A stretch of 62,927 nucleotides of DNA, filler included, from Gonapodya sp. JEL0774 (taxonomy: Eukaryota), in NCBI GenBank assembly GCA_027604505.1. It is 20 parts of 20 records of this genome, joined end to end, with 100 filler letters (N's around TTAATTAATTAA, not from the genome) between each part and the next. Parts side by side here need not be neighbours in the genome. Positions count along the whole stretch, not along the records: positions 59,889 to 62,927 come from JADIIX010001508.1; 19 more parts are not named here. The stretch is one strand, 5' to 3'. Positions within the stretch are counted from its first letter, which is position 1; the number at the start of each line of letters is the position of its first letter. The notes under the pieces were generated by a model. The model did not search any database. It was not told where the DNA came from and saw only the letters and a list, made by a program, of their open reading frames with translations. The translations under genes and the position numbers were made by a program. Shown piece by piece: positions 60,902-62,927 of this stretch.

Positions 60902-62927
60902 CTATAGAGTTCTATTGCTGGTCTGGATCGTGATCGGAACCGCTTCGCATTGCAGCCACTTTGACAACACGAGGTTCTCCTGACACAACTTCTTCCTTTG
61001 TTGAACTGAGCCCCGTGGATTTATCCTCTGCGATGGCTCGAAGTGCTTCCTGGTCCACTCCAGAGTTTCTCGGATGCACAGCAAGTCTAAGACGCTCCTT
61101 CTCGAGTGCGGCCCAAACTGAGGAATGGTCATTCATTCGTTACATTCAATCGATGTTTCACAATAAAGAGCAACGAGTCCACTTGCCTTGGGGTAGGATA
61201 CCATCTTCAGTTGGCAATAAGTGCATTCGACCCTATCGAAACAAAGAGACATAGCTGAATGAGCGCACTGAACTTCAACCTGGTCGACAGGGATCAGTAC
61301 AGACAACGTAATCCATCGCCTAATCACCTGGAACATAAAATAAATGCCATGTAAGGAGATCTTTGCGGTGAAGAAAATCATCGTGATCTGGAAGCTCCAG
61401 CTCGTACTGAGACCGTTGAATATAATGACCATGCAAATTCCAAGGACATAGAAAGCCCCCCACACGCCGAGTGGAGATCGAATTGGGCGCACGACTGAGC
61501 GATACTTAATGTGAAAGGCGATGTAACAGACGGCGATGCCCTGAGAGCAGAAAACCATAGAGCGCGTCAGTCGCGATTTGTGTGCAGTTTGACCTATTTA
61601 CACCAGAATATAGAACGAACCATGTAGGTACATACGCCCGCCAGTACAGTGAGATCTAGTAAGACAGTGCTAGATGCTATTGGGTTTGGATATAGTCAAG
61701 GTGAGTGATTCGATTGTATTTAATCTTTACGAAACAGCATAATCTCACGTAATGTGCCGTGCAAATCACGAGTGTTAATGACGAAAAGAGCCATCAAGTA
61801 GGCATACGTCGCTGCGGGAACACGTGTACGTACTCAAGGCGGTGGGATTGTAACACCGGTTTGGCTCACCGGTTGCGTATGTTGCCCTTGTTGGAACTCG
61901 GGCATCATTATCTGCCATCGCATGAATAACTTGTTATTTTGGAGAACTAGCACCACGTATGACAGAAGAGGAAAATACCTTCCGTCACTGCAAGAAAGTG
62001 AGGTAAGAATCCTGCACGAGCGAGAGCCCATGTTTGGCGGGAAGAGCACCAAAGCTTCATTTCGATGATTCAAGTGCACAGAATCATCGATAGCAGTTTT
62101 GTCAGTTTGACTAAAGACAGCAACTTACCATTCCTAGCAGGTTCACGGTATACGATGGGGCAAGCCACAATATGAAACCTTTCCGAGTCCTCTCTCCGAA
62201 AAGCGAAACAAAGACATCAACCTACAGAAGCGTAAGGTGTGATCGGAGTTCAATCGAAAAATGTCATTAATTGATGATCATAAATGCAACTCGCCATCGG
62301 ATACGGGGATCCCTGCAACACGTAAGCGCCGGGCACAACCAGCATATTGAAGACCATCAAGAGCAAAGCGAACGTGAGCAAGGACCCCCAACTTGCCCAC
62401 AGCGACCGCTTCAAATCTCGTACTGGTCGCTGAGCTTCTTTCGTCGCGAGACTCAAGCATTCGAACCCCGTGAACCACCACGCAGCGTCGGGGAGCGCAC
62501 TCATTATGCCGCGACCGTGGGCCAAAAAGTACTCAAGGTAGCAGTACTGGATAGAAGCAAGGTCGGAGACAGGTACGGCACACCCTACACTGTGGCCGTC
62601 GTCGTCGAATAGAGGAGTCTGGCAGAGACATGAGTCCTCTTCCCGGACAAAAGAAGCGGGACTTGTGCCAGCCATAGAAACGTCCAACCGAGTCGCGGCA
62701 ATGATACAGAAGACAAGAAATTGTAAGCCACAAACCGCTGGCATGGTCGTTCATGATGAGACGAGACTTAAATTCTTTTGTACATAGACGCGGGCCCTTA
62801 ATGCACTCACCTGACAAAACGAACATGAGTTGCCACGTCAATACGTTGTGGCGGTTGATCAAATAAACTGAATTGGTTAACTCGTGGTGAGTTGTCGCAA
62901 CCGGGACTTGGTGCGAAGAGTATCGTG
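60902..62927 (-). CDS. APC-superfamily amino acid/ethanolamine permease-like protein, 3' part
   Basis: LPDAAWWFTGFECLSLATKEAQRPVRDL, LSCSDGRYFP.LLS and RPIRSPLGVWGA, with multiple TM exons. Confidence 0.75.

Noticed and set aside
1..62927. Apparent gene clusters across segments (e.g. PEX12 near a PEX39-like gene; hAT near PEX12)
   Set aside because: The segments are independent contigs sorted by length, so linkage across linkers is meaningless.

Overview
This window is not one locus. It is 20 short contigs (about 3,065 down to 3,039 bp, sorted by length) joined by identical 100-nt linkers (N-run + TTAATTAATTAA + N-run), so adjacency across linkers has no biological meaning. Most contigs carry fragments of eukaryotic genes with short GT-AG introns. 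These include fungal-type housekeeping genes (PEX12, TOM22, ATG2, ENT3-like epsin, mito bL31m, MGMT, flotillin, GDSL esterase) and a flagellar gene (CCDC39), which points to a zoosporic, early-diverging fungus (chytrid-grade; inference). Two contigs hold decayed, CpG-depleted transposons: a hAT next to an interstitial (TTAGGG)7 tract, and a Ty1/copia next to a chromodomain-Ulp1 protease ORF. The standout is contig 25274-28327, which is intronless, gene-dense and not CpG-depleted. It encodes a J-domain orphan, a CBM2-like/GH18 chitinase without a signal peptide and an F-box ORF. It looks like giant-virus (Nucleocytoviricota) DNA, although no viral hallmark gene is present. Other candidates of interest are an intron-containing bacterial-type CitMHS_2 antiporter and a plant-type Phi-1/EXORDIUM fragment. 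All family calls come from motif recognition by eye, with no database search, and exon boundaries are approximate.
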